From: Oscillospiraceae bacterium | GTDB taxonomy: Bacteria > Bacillota > Clostridia > Oscillospirales > SIG519 | Direction: 5' to 3' | Length of the DNA stretch: 64,000 nucleotides | Assembly (NCBI GenBank): GCA_015067255.1 | Contig: SVMS01000001.1 | Location: 95,285 to 159,284 of the forward strand | In this document: positions 35,587-46,500 of the stretch, piece after piece | Layout: every line of letters starts with the position of its first letter | Numbering within the stretch: position 1 is the first letter of the stretch | Made by a program: the position numbers and the translations under genes | The notes under the pieces: model-generated | The model's input: the letters and a program-made list of their open reading frames with translations, nothing else | What the model was told of the DNA's origin: nothing | The model's database searches: none

Positions 35587-37905
35587 ATGGAAAGACAGAT
35601 TTTTAAAGAAATTAAAGGCATAAAAATTATTGATAAAAATATAATATCAAATCTTTTGTTTTCTCTGCTTGGCTTTATACTGACAAACGGATACATATTT
35701 TCAAATCTTTCACCCTTTGGAGTTGCTCTTACTGCCGCATTTTCCATTAAATCCAAGCTTTCAATTTTGCCCGTAGCAGTAATTTCGGCAAGCTATTTTA
35801 TCAAAGGAACAGAGGGTATAAAATATGCTGTTGCGGTATGGGGTATTTATGCACTTAGAAAAGTATTTAAGAAAAACAATTTTAAGTATGACGGCAACTC
35901 TTTCTTTGCCCTTGCTTCAGGCATAATAATTATTGTAACGTCTTTGGGTGAACTTCTCCAAAGCTACGCAACGGCGCTTGATATAATGTATTCTATCTCA
36001 ATAGGAATACTTTGCGGCGGTATTTGCTTTTTCTATATAAAAACTATCCCTGTTTTTGAAAATTCAATAGGACGCAATATACGCCTTACAAAAAATGAGC
36101 TTATAGGCGTTTTGATATGTGTTGCAAGCTTTTTGCTTTCTCTATGCGAAATTAGGCTTTTTGAAATTTCCTTGGGACATATTCTGGGAAGTCTTATAAT
36201 TCTTATTTCCGCCCGATGCGGAGGTATAGCCTTTGCAGGTGTAAGCGGAATAGCCATAGGCTCTGTGCTTAGTCTTAGTCAGAACTCCTCCCCTTCCACA
36301 ATCGGTGTCTATGCTTTCGGCGCTTTGGTGGCAGGCATTTTTTCCGAAAGAAGAAAAATAATATGCGTCATTTCCTTTTTGCTTGCAAATATACTTGTAG
36401 GAATATATATAAACAATTCAGAATTTATTCTCATAAATTTAACGGAAACGGCTTTAGGCTCTTTAATTTATCTTATTATGCCAAAATTTTTATTAAACCG
36501 CATCGGCAACAGCCTAACCTATGGCGAAAACCTTTCCGTTCAGGCACAGGAAAAATTTAAAGAGCTTTTTGTATCACGCTTAAAAAATGCCGCCTCCTCC
36601 TTTTCACAGCTTGCATATACAGTAAAAGCTTCGGGAGAAATTTTTTCAAATAAAGCAGTAAAGCAAACACCCGACCAGATAATAAGTAACGTATGCAGTG
36701 AGCTTTGCAACGATTGTAAAAACAAAATGTTTTGCTGGAATAACTCCTTTGACGATACTATGAGGGTATTAAATGACTGCATCACTGTCTTTAAGGAAAA
36801 GGGCTCTATTGATGCCTTGGATTTGCCCGGATATTTTCGTTCACGCTGTTTAAAAAGCGAAGCCCTGGCTTCTAAGCTTTCCTTAAAGCTTTATGCTCTT
36901 TATTCAGAGGAGGATATGGAGCATAAGCAAGAGGAAAACAGAGCTATTTTAGCACAGCAATATTCGGGAGTATCTCAGATTATGGACAATATAGCCTCTG
37001 AGCTTGAAGATGTGGTGAAATTCAACAGTCTTTACACTCAAAGGGTTACAAGCTATCTTTGCTCAGAGGGGCTTAAATGCGAAAAAGTATTCGCTTACAG
37101 CGATGCCGATGGCTTTAACGTAATAGAGGCTCAGGGTAAAATGCAAAAGCCTATGCCCAGCTCTAAAAAAATATGCTATGAAATTTCAAAGCTTATAGGC
37201 TGTGATATGGAAATGCTCTTTATGAAAAGCGACGGCATTAACTATGAAATAAAGCTTTGTGAAAAGGAAGAATTATCTGTCTTTTGTGCAAAAGCTATGT
37301 GCCAAAAAAACGGTGAAACCGTGTGCGGAGATTTTGCCTCCTCTTTTCGCGCAGGACGTGGTAAATACGCAATAACCTTAAGTGACGGAATGGGAAGCGG
37401 ACATCAGGCTCAAAGGGATAGCTTGCTTACAGTTGCTTTTCTTGAAAAATTACTCAAGGCAGGCTTTGACAAAGACAGCGCTATGGAGCTTGTAAACTCT
37501 GCTCTTATTTTAAAGTCCGATGATGAAAGCTTTGCCACTGTAGATATCGCAATAATAAATTTGATAAACGGTGTTACCGAATTTATAAAAGCGGGTGCCG
37601 CACCGACATTTATAAAAAGAGGCAGAAGCATTTATGAATTGGGCTGCTCCTGTTTACCTGTGGGCATTTTAGGTGAGGTTAAATTTGAAAAATCCCGCTG
37701 CCGTCTTAAAAAAGGTGATTTATTGGTTATGGTTTCAGACGGAATAACCTGTGCAGGCAACAAAATAATATCAAAAATCCTCACAGACTATAACGGCAAT
37801 TCCCCCTCTGAAATTTCCCGTATTATTCTTGAAAGCATAAAGAAAATATGCGGAGAAAATGACGATATGACAGTAATAGCGGCATATATAAACAAAAACG
37901 AATAA
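35587..37905 (+). CDS. spoIIE: Stage II sporulation protein E (polytopic membrane PP2C phosphatase)
   Basis: 772 aa. About 10 N-terminal TM segments. C-terminal PP2C (GDFASSF...ITLSDGMGSGHQAQRDS...DDMTVIAAYI). Confidence 0.85.
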   Translation: MERQIFKEIKGIKIIDKNIISNLLFSLLGFILTNGYIFSNLSPFGVALTAAFSIKSKLSILPVAVISASYFIKGTEGIKYAVAVWGIYALRKVFKKNNFKYDGNSFFALASGIIIIVTSLGELLQSYATALDIMYSISIGILCGGICFFYIKTIPVFENSIGRNIRLTKNELIGVLICVASFLLSLCEIRLFEISLGHILGSLIILISARCGGIAFAGVSGIAIGSVLSLSQNSSPSTIGVYAFGALVAGIFSERRKIICVISFLLANILVGIYINNSEFILINLTETALGSLIYLIMPKFLLNRIGNSLTYGENLSVQAQEKFKELFVSRLKNAASSFSQLAYTVKASGEIFSNKAVKQTPDQIISNVCSELCNDCKNKMFCWNNSFDDTMRVLNDCITVFKEKGSIDALDLPGYFRSRCLKSEALASKLSLKLYALYSEEDMEHKQEENRAILAQQYSGVSQIMDNIASELEDVVKFNSLYTQRVTSYLCSEGLKCEKVFAYSDADGFNVIEAQGKMQKPMPSSKKICYEISKLIGCDMEMLFMKSDGINYEIKLCEKEELSVFCAKAMCQKNGETVCGDFASSFRAGRGKYAITLSDGMGSGHQAQRDSLLTVAFLEKLLKAGFDKDSAMELVNSALILKSDDESFATVDIAIINLINGVTEFIKAGAAPTFIKRGRSIYELGCSCLPVGILGEVKFEKSRCRLKKGDLLVMVSDGITCAGNKIISKILTDYNGNSPSEISRIILESIKKICGENDDMTVIAAYINKNE

Positions 37906-37907
37906 AG

Positions 37908-37936
37908 AAAGCACCGTCAAAACGGTGCTTTTAATC
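37908..37936 (+). terminator. Rho-independent terminator after spoIIE
   Basis: aaagcaccgt-caaa-acggtgcttt followed by taatcttt. Confidence 0.7.
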
Positions 37937-38080
37937 TTTAATATAATAAAAAGCAGCAGGCTTATCCTCTGGGCGCACTTTTGCACAAGGCATAGCGGCG
38001 TATCCATTGAGGGGATAATGTCTACTACTAATTATAGTATATCCGATTTATTTAATTTGTCAAGTTCATTCTTTCGGAAA

Positions 38081-39274
38081 TCAGTCAAAATAACTCTTAT
38101 AAATAATTTTTATATCACTCTCAGGGAACAGATGCCCATACAGCTCTATAAAATAATCATCGGTCATACTGGCAATATAGTCGACTACTATTTGATTGTA
38201 TTCAGTTTGCTCATAAGGCTTTTCTCTGTAATAATGCGCTTGATTTACATAATTTATATGATGAGTATATATTAAAGAGTTTTTGTTGTTTTGCTTTAAA
38301 TCCTCCAACAGCTTTTCATAGATTTCCCTCATCATAATTTTTATTTTATCATATGTCTTTTCGTGCACATCACTGTTTTTATAAATTTGCCTGTAATTTT
38401 CAGTCTTTGCTTTTTCAAGTGCATTAAAAATCTCTTTGTCCATTTTAATATAGGGCTTGCCATAGCTGTTTTCAACTATGTTTACAATCAGATTATTGAT
38501 AATTTCGGCGTTATAAGTACCTATTTCACCCTTTTCAAAATTACTGTTTAAAAAAAGCTTGGCTCTTTCGGCATCCTGCCTGTCTTTGCCTAAATAGGCT
38601 ATTATATCGGATATTCTCATAACACAGCCTTCAAGAGTTGAAGGCACTAATTTTTTAATGTTGTTTTTATCTGTATAACAGCTTTCTATTTGTCTGTCAA
38701 ATTCTTCAAAGCTGTTTAATGGTACGGGATGATATTCGCAAAGCTCCATTTCCCCGTTATGGGAAGCAATTCCGCTTAAGGTCTGAAGGCTTATATTGTA
38801 GGGGTAAATTTTATCAAGCACACGCACAGAATGAATATTATGGCTGAAATGTCTGCCCGTTTTTTCAAAAAGCAGCTCGTCTAAAAACTCCTCTCCCTTA
38901 TGACCGAAAGGAGTATGCCCGATATCATGTCCAAGGGAAATTGCCTCAATCAAATCAAGATTGAGCTTTAATACCTTGCCTATAGTTCTTGCTATTCTTG
39001 ATACTAACTGTACGTGCAGTCCTCTTCTTGAAATATCGTCATTTTTATAAAGAGAGAAAACCTGCGTTTTATCTGCATATCGGTTGTAATAGGGGCAATG
39101 AATAATTTTATCTGTATCCCGAATAAATGCCGTTCTGATAATATCTGCATTATCACGCTGAGAGTTTCTTCTTATAACGTTTTTTTCATCAAAGGCAAGA
39201 CTCAAGACAGTATTATTCTCTATATCTTCTCTTATTCTTTTTTCTGTTTTTGCCGATAGTCTTTTATAATTCAT
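38081..39274 (-). CDS. HD-domain dGTP triphosphohydrolase-like protein
   Basis: Start taken at ATG 39274 (MNYKRL); the track's TTG at 39319 has no RBS. RTAFIRDTDKIIHCPYYNRYADKTQVF...ISLGHDIGHTPFGHKGE. Confidence 0.75.
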   Translation of the reverse strand: MNYKRLSAKTEKRIREDIENNTVLSLAFDEKNVIRRNSQRDNADIIRTAFIRDTDKIIHCPYYNRYADKTQVFSLYKNDDISRRGLHVQLVSRIARTIGKVLKLNLDLIEAISLGHDIGHTPFGHKGEEFLDELLFEKTGRHFSHNIHSVRVLDKIYPYNISLQTLSGIASHNGEMELCEYHPVPLNSFEEFDRQIESCYTDKNNIKKLVPSTLEGCVMRISDIIAYLGKDRQDAERAKLFLNSNFEKGEIGTYNAEIINNLIVNIVENSYGKPYIKMDKEIFNALEKAKTENYRQIYKNSDVHEKTYDKIKIMMREIYEKLLEDLKQNNKNSLIYTHHINYVNQAHYYREKPYEQTEYNQIVVDYIASMTDDYFIELYGHLFPESDIKIIYKSYFD

Positions 39275-39336
39275 TTTCTCACCCTTATTAAGTATATCAA
39301 TATTACCGTGTTTTTTCAACGGTTTTATTTTAGTTG

Positions 39337-39365
39337 TTGACTTTAGCGTAGTGATGTGATAAAAT
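39337..39365 (+). promoter_or_regulatory. Sigma-A promoter of the amino-acid ABC operon
   Basis: TTGACT (39337-39342), 17-nt spacer ending TGa, TAAAAT (39360-39365). Confidence 0.6.
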
Positions 39366-39412
39366 ACTGATATAATGAATGGCTATAAAGCCAAAAGAAA
39401 GGTTTGTAGAAA

Positions 39413-40234
39413 ATGAAAAAACTTATTTGTCTTATACTTGCACTTTTAACTGTTACTATGGTTTTCGCAGGCTGCGGTGCTAAAACATCTGACAAAACAG
39501 ATTGGGATTATATTGCTGATAAAGGCGAAATGATTATCGGTATTACATATTTCGCTCCCATGAACTATATCGACAAAGAAACTCAGGAGCTTATCGGCTT
39601 TGAAACAGAGTTTGCAAAGGCAGTTTGCGCTAAATTAGGTGTTTCTCCCAAATTCCAGGAAATTGACTGGAATGCTAAGGAAACAGAGCTTAACGCTAAA
39701 AACATTGACTGTATCTGGAACGGTATGACAATTGACGATGAAAGAAAAGCAAATATGGATATTTCCATACCTTATATGCGCAACAGACAGGTTATGATTG
39801 TAAAGAAAGAAAACGTTGCTAAATATACAACTGCTGAAAGTCTTAAAGATGCTGCTTTAGTAGCTGAAATGAAATCTGCAGGCGAAAAGGTTGCTCAAAA
39901 CGATGATTTCTTTGCTCAGGCTAAATATACTGCTGTTGATTCTCAAGCAAAGACTCTTGTAGAAGTTAAAGCAGGCACAGCAGATATTGCTGTTATTGAC
40001 TATATTATGGCATTAGGCTCCATCGGCGAAGGTACAGACTATACTGACCTTGCTGTTGTTGGAGACGGTAGCTTATCTTTCGGTGAACCCGAATTCTACG
40101 GTATTGCTTTCAGAAAGAACAGCCCCAAAACTCTTGAAAAGATTAACGCTGCTATCAAAGAACTTAAAAAAGACGGTACTCTTGATACAATCGCAAAGAA
40201 ATATAAGCTTCAAGACTATATCGTAGTTGAATAA
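39413..40234 (+). CDS. Amino-acid ABC transporter substrate-binding lipoprotein (SBP family 3)
   Basis: 273 aa. Lipobox FAGC-GA. GFETEFAKAVCAKLGV...IDCIWNGMTI. Confidence 0.8.
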   Translation: MKKLICLILALLTVTMVFAGCGAKTSDKTDWDYIADKGEMIIGITYFAPMNYIDKETQELIGFETEFAKAVCAKLGVSPKFQEIDWNAKETELNAKNIDCIWNGMTIDDERKANMDISIPYMRNRQVMIVKKENVAKYTTAESLKDAALVAEMKSAGEKVAQNDDFFAQAKYTAVDSQAKTLVEVKAGTADIAVIDYIMALGSIGEGTDYTDLAVVGDGSLSFGEPEFYGIAFRKNSPKTLEKINAAIKELKKDGTLDTIAKKYKLQDYIVVE

Positions 40235-40259
40235 GAATAATTAAAGGCGGATTTATATT

Positions 40260-40904
40260 ATGTCCTTTTGGCAAGTAACATTGAAGTTGTTGGAAGGTTT
40301 TGCACAAAACTGCAACCTCTTCTTTTTAACCTTGGTTTTATCTCTTCCTTTGGGCTTGATTATAACCTTTGGTTCAATGTCAAAATTTACACCGCTACGG
40401 TGGCTTACAAGAACTTTTGTCTGGGTCATCAGGGGTACTCCCCTGATGCTCCAGCTTTTTGTCGTTTTATACGTACCGGGACTTGTGTTTAATATGCCCT
40501 TCCGTTCAAGAATGACAGCGGCTGTTATTGCCTTTGTAATAAACTACGCTGCTTATTTCTCCGAAATTTTCAGAGGCGGAATTGCAAGTATTCCAAAGGG
40601 GCAATACGAGGCGGGACAGGTTCTCGGAATGACAAAGTTTCAAGTATTTTACAAGGTTATTATAATGCAGGTTATAAAGCGTATCATTCCACCTGTGGGA
40701 AATGAAATACTTACTCTTGTCAAGGATACCTCTCTTGCAAGAGTTATTGCAGTATCGGAAATTATTATGGCATCAACGGAATTTACTGCCGTAGGTCTTA
40801 TCTGGCCTCTGTTCTATTCCGGCCTCTTCTTCCTTGCTTTCTGCGGAATTATTACCTTGCTTATAAATTACGTTGAATCAAAGTTTAATTATTACAAGGG
40901 GTAA
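40260..40904 (+). CDS. Amino-acid ABC transporter permease (His/Glu/Gln/Arg/opine family)
   Basis: 214 aa, polytopic. EAGQVLGMTKFQVFYKVIIMQVIKRIIPPVGNE EAA-loop. Confidence 0.85.
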   Translation: MSFWQVTLKLLEGFAQNCNLFFLTLVLSLPLGLIITFGSMSKFTPLRWLTRTFVWVIRGTPLMLQLFVVLYVPGLVFNMPFRSRMTAAVIAFVINYAAYFSEIFRGGIASIPKGQYEAGQVLGMTKFQVFYKVIIMQVIKRIIPPVGNEILTLVKDTSLARVIAVSEIIMASTEFTAVGLIWPLFYSGLFFLAFCGIITLLINYVESKFNYYKG

Positions 40905-40908
40905 TTTT

Positions 40909-41688
40909 ATGGCTTTACTTGAAGTTAAAAATTTAAAAAAGAGCTTTGGTGAAACCGAAGTTTTAAAGGATATAAGCTTTTCTCTCGAAAAGGGTAAGGT
41001 TTTATCTATTATCGGCTCCTCAGGAAGCGGAAAAACAACTCTTTTGCGTTGCCTGAACTTTCTTGAAAAAGCTGATTCGGGTGAAATTTTCATTAATGAC
41101 GAGCTTATTTTCAGCCCTTCTCTCAACAATTTATCATCAGCTCAGAAACGTAAAAATCAAATGATGTTTGGACTTGTTTTTCAGTCCTTTAATCTTTTTC
41201 CTCAGTATAACGTGCTTGACAATGTTACTCTTGCTGTTAAGCTTCAGGCTAAGGAGCTTGAAAATTTCAAAGCTGATAAAAAGCAAATTTATGCAAAGAT
41301 TGAAGAGGATGCCTGCGAGCTTCTCACAAAGGTTGGTCTTTACGATAAAAGATTTAACTACCCTTGTGAGCTGTCGGGGGGACAGCAACAGCGTGTTGCT
41401 ATTGCAAGAGCTCTTGCTCTCAATCCTCAGATACTCTGCTTTGACGAGCCTACAAGCGCTCTTGACCCTGAGCTTACGGGTGAAGTTCTTTCGGTTATAA
41501 GAAATCTTGCTTCTCATAATATAACTATGATTATCGTTACCCACGAAATGAATTTCGCAAGAGAGGTTTCCAACGAAATTATATTTATGGATAACGGCGT
41601 TATCGCAGAACAAGGTGAGCCTAACGAGCTTTTTGCAAATCCCAAAACAGAAAGACTTCAAGCCTTTTTAAGTGCGATGTCAGACTAA
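40909..41688 (+). CDS. Amino-acid ABC transporter ATP-binding protein
   Basis: Start at ATG 40909 (MALLEVKNL) after aagggg. Walker A GSSGSGKTT, signature LSGGQQQRV, Walker B ILCFDEPTSALD. Confidence 0.9.
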   Translation: MALLEVKNLKKSFGETEVLKDISFSLEKGKVLSIIGSSGSGKTTLLRCLNFLEKADSGEIFINDELIFSPSLNNLSSAQKRKNQMMFGLVFQSFNLFPQYNVLDNVTLAVKLQAKELENFKADKKQIYAKIEEDACELLTKVGLYDKRFNYPCELSGGQQQRVAIARALALNPQILCFDEPTSALDPELTGEVLSVIRNLASHNITMIIVTHEMNFAREVSNEIIFMDNGVIAEQGEPNELFANPKTERLQAFLSAMSD

Positions 41689-41690
41689 TT

Positions 41691-41720
41691 AAAACGGTAG
41701 CTTATTGCTACCGTTTTTGT
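41691..41720 (+). terminator. Rho-independent terminator
   Basis: aaaacggtagc-ttatt-gctaccgtttt followed by tgtc. Confidence 0.8.
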
Positions 41721-41741
41721 CAAAAAGGAGAGTTTCTTTAT

Positions 41742-43118
41742 ATGGCAAAACCGACAAGTTACTATGTATGCACAAATTGCGGCTCTCAGAGTGCAAAATG
41801 GGTAGGCCGCTGTCCCGATTGCGGAGAGTGGAATACAATGCAGGAGGAAGCTGTTCAGTCTGCTCCTGCCGCTACAAATGTAAAAGCAATTAAGCAAACC
41901 GTCAAAAAAAGCGGAAAAGTATATTCCATAAATGAGCTTGAAAGCGACGAGGATATCCGTTACCATACAGGACTTAACGAGCTTGACCGTGTTTTAGGCG
42001 GCGGTATAGTTAAAGGCTCCGTTGTTTTATTGGGTGGTGACCCCGGCATTGGTAAATCCACTATTTTGCTTCAGATGTGCGCAACTCTTGATAAAAATCT
42101 TAAGATACTATATGCCACGGGTGAGGAATCTGCACGTCAGATTAAATTAAGAGCTTCCCGTCTTGGCGTTTATTCAGAACGTCTTTTTATAATGTCGGAA
42201 AACGATACCGACGTTATTGTAAGCACAGCGCTTTCTCAACAGCCCGACATTGTTATTATCGACTCTATTCAGACTATGTTTCTTGAAAGCGTAAGCTCTT
42301 CTCCCGGAAGCGTTTCACAGGTGCGTGAATGTACCGCTGCTCTCACAAGGCTTGCTAAAGGAGAAGGTATTCCCGTTTTCATAGTAGGCCACGTAAACAA
42401 AGAGGGCGCTATTGCAGGCCCTAAGGTTATGGAGCATATGGTTGATGCTGTTTTATATTTTGAGGGCGAGCGTCAATTAGCTTACAGAATTTTAAGAGCT
42501 GTTAAAAACCGTTACGGCTCAACAAACGAAATAGGCGTTTTTGAAATGGGCGATAAAGGTCTTTGCGAGGTTATGAACCCTTCTATGATGTTCCTTTCGG
42601 GCAGACCTAAAAACGTTTCGGGAACTGCCGTTGTATGTATTCTTGAGGGTACCCGTCCTTTACTTGCTGAGGTTCAGGCTCTTATAAGCTCAACCTCCTT
42701 TCCCTCTCCCCGCCGTACCTCTGTGGGTGTAGATTACAGCAGACTTTGTCTTTTACTTGCAGTGCTTGAAAAAAGAGGCGGTCTCTTTTTCTCCTCCTCC
42801 GATGTATATGTAAACGTTGTCGGCGGAATAAAGCTTGATGACCCTTCTTCAGATTTAGGCGTGCTTCTCGCTTTAGCTTCGGGGCTTAAGGATTTAATTA
42901 TCCCCGCTGATATGTTTATTGCAGGCGAGGTTGGTCTTGCGGGAGAAATCCGTAATGTTTCGGGAATTGATTATCGAATTGCAGAAGCTAAAAGACTCGG
43001 CTTTACAAGCTGTATTATCCCCTACCGTAGTAAAATAACAACCAACACCGACGGTATGGAAATATTCAAGGTAAGAAGCATATATGAAGCCATTGACGTT
43101 ATAAAAAACAAAAATTAG
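41742..43118 (+). CDS. radA: DNA repair protein RadA/Sms
   Basis: 458 aa. Zn-finger YVCTNCGSQSAKWVGRCPDCGEWNT, Walker A GDPGIGKST, KNRYG, Lon-like C-terminus. Confidence 0.9.
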   Translation: MAKPTSYYVCTNCGSQSAKWVGRCPDCGEWNTMQEEAVQSAPAATNVKAIKQTVKKSGKVYSINELESDEDIRYHTGLNELDRVLGGGIVKGSVVLLGGDPGIGKSTILLQMCATLDKNLKILYATGEESARQIKLRASRLGVYSERLFIMSENDTDVIVSTALSQQPDIVIIDSIQTMFLESVSSSPGSVSQVRECTAALTRLAKGEGIPVFIVGHVNKEGAIAGPKVMEHMVDAVLYFEGERQLAYRILRAVKNRYGSTNEIGVFEMGDKGLCEVMNPSMMFLSGRPKNVSGTAVVCILEGTRPLLAEVQALISSTSFPSPRRTSVGVDYSRLCLLLAVLEKRGGLFFSSSDVYVNVVGGIKLDDPSSDLGVLLALASGLKDLIIPADMFIAGEVGLAGEIRNVSGIDYRIAEAKRLGFTSCIIPYRSKITTNTDGMEIFKVRSIYEAIDVIKNKN

Positions 43119-43173
43119 TTTTATAAAAGAAGCACAAATCCTTTGTGTTGTCTCCAAAATGACCGTAAAAGAA

Positions 43174-43205
43174 GAAGCGCGAAAATCTCGTGCTTCTTTT
43201 AATTT
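43174..43205 (+). terminator. Rho-independent terminator after radA; near-identical stem-loop recurs at 49601-49623
   Basis: gaagcgcga-aaatc-tcgtgcttc followed by ttttaatttt. Confidence 0.7.
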
Positions 43206-43303
43206 TGTCTTATATCTTGACAAGCAGGGAATTTGTACGGCAAATTCCACTTGTTAAGAGAACCTAAAACCCTTTTCCCGACTCAAAAGAAAATCATTTT
43301 AAT

Positions 43304-43505
43304 AGTGATATTGTGAGACAGGTCTCACAATGATATTTTTGACAAATCAAAAGTGATATTAAAACCTATCGGTTTTAGTGGTATTTTATTTGCCTCAAAA
43401 CTTGCGAAGCAAATAGCACTCGGCAAAGCCGAATAACACTGCGAAGCAATACAACTCGACGCAAGGCAAATAAAACTGGCCAAGTATCCGTAAGGATACT
43501 TGGCC
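43304..43505 (-). repeat. Hairpin-array repeat, copy C (inverted orientation)
   Basis: Read on the minus strand: H0 ggccaagtatcc...ggatacttggcc; tatttgcc. agttgtatt, agtgttatt and agtgctattt separated by mini-hairpins. ggcaaata. Then aataccac, atatcact, atatcat and atatcact separated by hairpins (taaaaccgataggtttta, tttgatttgtcaaaa, tgtgagacctgtctcaca). Confidence 0.9.
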
Positions 43506-43527
43506 TTGCTCTGTGCTTCTTTGTTTA

Positions 43528-46500
43528 TTATTCAGTTTTTGCTCTGTTCTGAAGGTTTTCAAGCTTTTCCTTAGCATAGTTTTCAGCCGCTTCAAACAGC
43601 TTTTCAGCTCTGTCGGGATAGCTTCTTACAAGAGAATTATAACGAACCTCGTTCATAATAAAGTCTTTATAATTAGCTGTGGGAGCCTTACTGTCAAGAA
43701 TGAAAGGATTCTTGCCTTCGTCTGCAAGTCTGGGATTGTAACGGTACATATGCCAGTAACCTGCAGCTACTGCAGCCTTTGTTTCAGCCATTGAATTGCC
43801 CATACCAACCTTAATACCGTGGTTGATACAAGGAGCATATGCAATAATGATTGAAGGTCCATTGTAGCTTTCAGCCTCTGTGATTGCCTTGATTGCCTGA
43901 TTATAGTCAGCACCCATAGCAATCTGAGCTACATATACATAGCCATAGGACATAGCAATTGCGCCAAGGTCCTTCTTCTTTGTAACCTTACCGTTTGCAG
44001 CAAACTGAGCAACAGAACCGGTAGGTGTAGACTTAGAAGCCTGTCCGCCTGTGTTGGAGTAAACCTCTGTATCAAATACAAGGATATTTACATCTTCACC
44101 GGAAGCGATTACGTGGTCAAGACCGCCGAAGCCGATATCGTAAGCCCAACCGTCACCACCGAATATCCACATAGACTTCTTAGCAAGGAATTCTTTATCC
44201 TTAAGGATTTTATCAGCAAGCTCTTTGCATTCGCCGCAGCAGTTGCAAGCTTCAAGAGCAGCAACAAGCTTCTTAGTAGCAACAGCGTTTTCCTTACTGT
44301 TATTAAATGTGTTCTTATATTCAGCAATAGCTGCTTTTACATCTTCATTTGTAGCTTTCTGTGCAAGCTCGTCAACAAGTACGTTTACTTTCTTTCTCAT
44401 CTGAGAAACTGCAAGGCTCATACCGTAGCCATACTCTGCATTATCCTCAAACAAAGAGTTAGCCCATGCGGGACCTCTTCCCTCTCTGTTTACAGTATAA
44501 GGAGTAGAAGGAGCAGAACCGCCCCAGATTGAAGAACAGCCTGTTGCATTTGCTATATACATTCTGTCACCAAACAACTGAGTAACAAGCTTAGCATAAG
44601 GTGTTTCGCCACAGCCTGCGCAAGCACCGGAGTACTCAAGAAGCGGCTGTTTGAACTGTGAGCCCTTAACTGTTTCTACAGCGAAGGGAAGATCTGTTTT
44701 CTCAGAAAGCTTGGAAATAGCAAAATCAAAGGATTTCTGAGCGCCCATATTGGAAGCTAAAGGCTTCATAACAAGAGCCTTTTCCTTAGCAGGACAGACA
44801 TTTGCACAAGAACCGCAGCCTGTACAGTCAAGTACGGAAACAGTTACTGAATACTGATAATTTTCACAGCCCTTACCTGCCATTTGCTTTGTTTTCATAT
44901 CAGCAGGAGCTTTCTTCATCTCTTCTGCATCAAGAACAGCAGGACGGATTACAGCGTGAGGACAAACGTATGAGCACTGGTTACACTGGATACAGTTTTC
45001 AGGAAGCCATACAGGAACGTCAACTGCAACGCCTCTCTTCTCATATGCGGCAGAGCCCTGAGGGAATGTACCGTCAGCTGCATCTACGAAAGTAGAAACA
45101 GGTAATTTATCGCCCTTTTGAGCGTTTACGGGAATAAGAATATTGTTTACAAAATCAACAAGGTCTTTTCTTTCGCCGTCTACCTTAACCTCAGCAGCTT
45201 CCTCAGTTGCATTTGCCCAAGAAGCAGGAACAGGAATTTCAACTATTGAATCAATACCTCTGTCAATAGCAGAGTGGTTCATAGCAACAACCTTTTCACC
45301 CTTCTTGCCGTAAGAGGTAATAACTGCCTCTTTCATATATTTTACAGCTTCGTCTATGGGAATAATGTTTGCAAGCTTAAAGAAAGCAGACTGTAAAATC
45401 ATATTGATTCTGTTGCCAAGACCTAACTCTTTTGCAATAGAAATAGCATCAACAGTATAGAATTTAGCTTTTTTAACAGCAAGGTCTTTCTTAACTGATG
45501 CAGGCAAAGTCTTCTCTAATTCTTCAGCAGTAGCGCCGCTGTTAAGAAGGAATACGCCGCCCTCTTTAATATCCGCTGTCATATCGTATTTTCCGATATA
45601 TGAAGGATTATGGCAAGCAACAAAATCAGCCTGAGATACATAATATGTTGACTTAATGGGTGAATCACCGAAACGAAGGTGAGAAATTGTTACACCGCCT
45701 GACTTCTTAGAGTCATATGCAAAATAAGCCTGAACATATTTATCTGTATGGTCACCGATGATTTTGATGGAGTTTTTATTTGCACCAACAGTACCGTCAG
45801 AGCCAAGACCCCAGAATTTGCAGGAAACAGTGCCTGCTGCAGTTGTGTAGGGGTTTTCATCAACAGGTAATGAAAGATAGGTAACATCGTCTGTGATTGA
45901 AAGAGTAAATCTCTTCTTAGGCTCAGCAGCATCAAGGTTTTTATAAGCTGCGATAATATCTCCGGGTGTTGTATCCTTAGAGCCTAAGCCGTAACGGCCG
46001 GAAACGAGAAGAGCATCTTTAAATTCTGTGTTTGAAATTGCAGCAGCAATATCAAGGAATAAAGGCTCGCCCAAAGAACCGGGTTCCTTTGTTCTGTCAA
46101 GAACAGCTATCTTCTTAACTGTCTTAGGCATAGCATTGAGGAAATGCTCTACAGAGAAGGGACGGTACAAACGTACCTTTACAAGACCTACCTTTTCGCC
46201 CTTTGCGTTGAGGTAATCTATAGTTTCTTCGATTGTATCGCAAACAGAGCCCATAGCTATAATAACTTTTTCAGCATCGGGGGCACCGTAGTAGTTGAAC
46301 AGCTTATAATCTGTACCTACACGGCTGTTTACATCGTTCATATATTTTTCTACAACAGCGGGAAGCTCATCATAATACTTGTTGCAAGCCTCACGTGCCT
46401 GGAAGAAAATATCAGGGTTCTGAGCAGTACCTCTCAATACGGGGTGCTCAGGATTTAAAGCATTTTTACGGAACTGCTCAACAGCATCCATATCAATCAT

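Noticed and set aside
38081-39274. HD dGTPase-like gene and dCMP deaminase (29351-29839) as anti-phage nucleotide-depletion defence
   Set aside because: Both sit in conserved housekeeping contexts (the PBP1A-comEB-yjbQ-pepP-whiA string; next to spoIIE). There are no flanking mobile or defence genes, and both resemble the ubiquitous Firmicute housekeeping versions.
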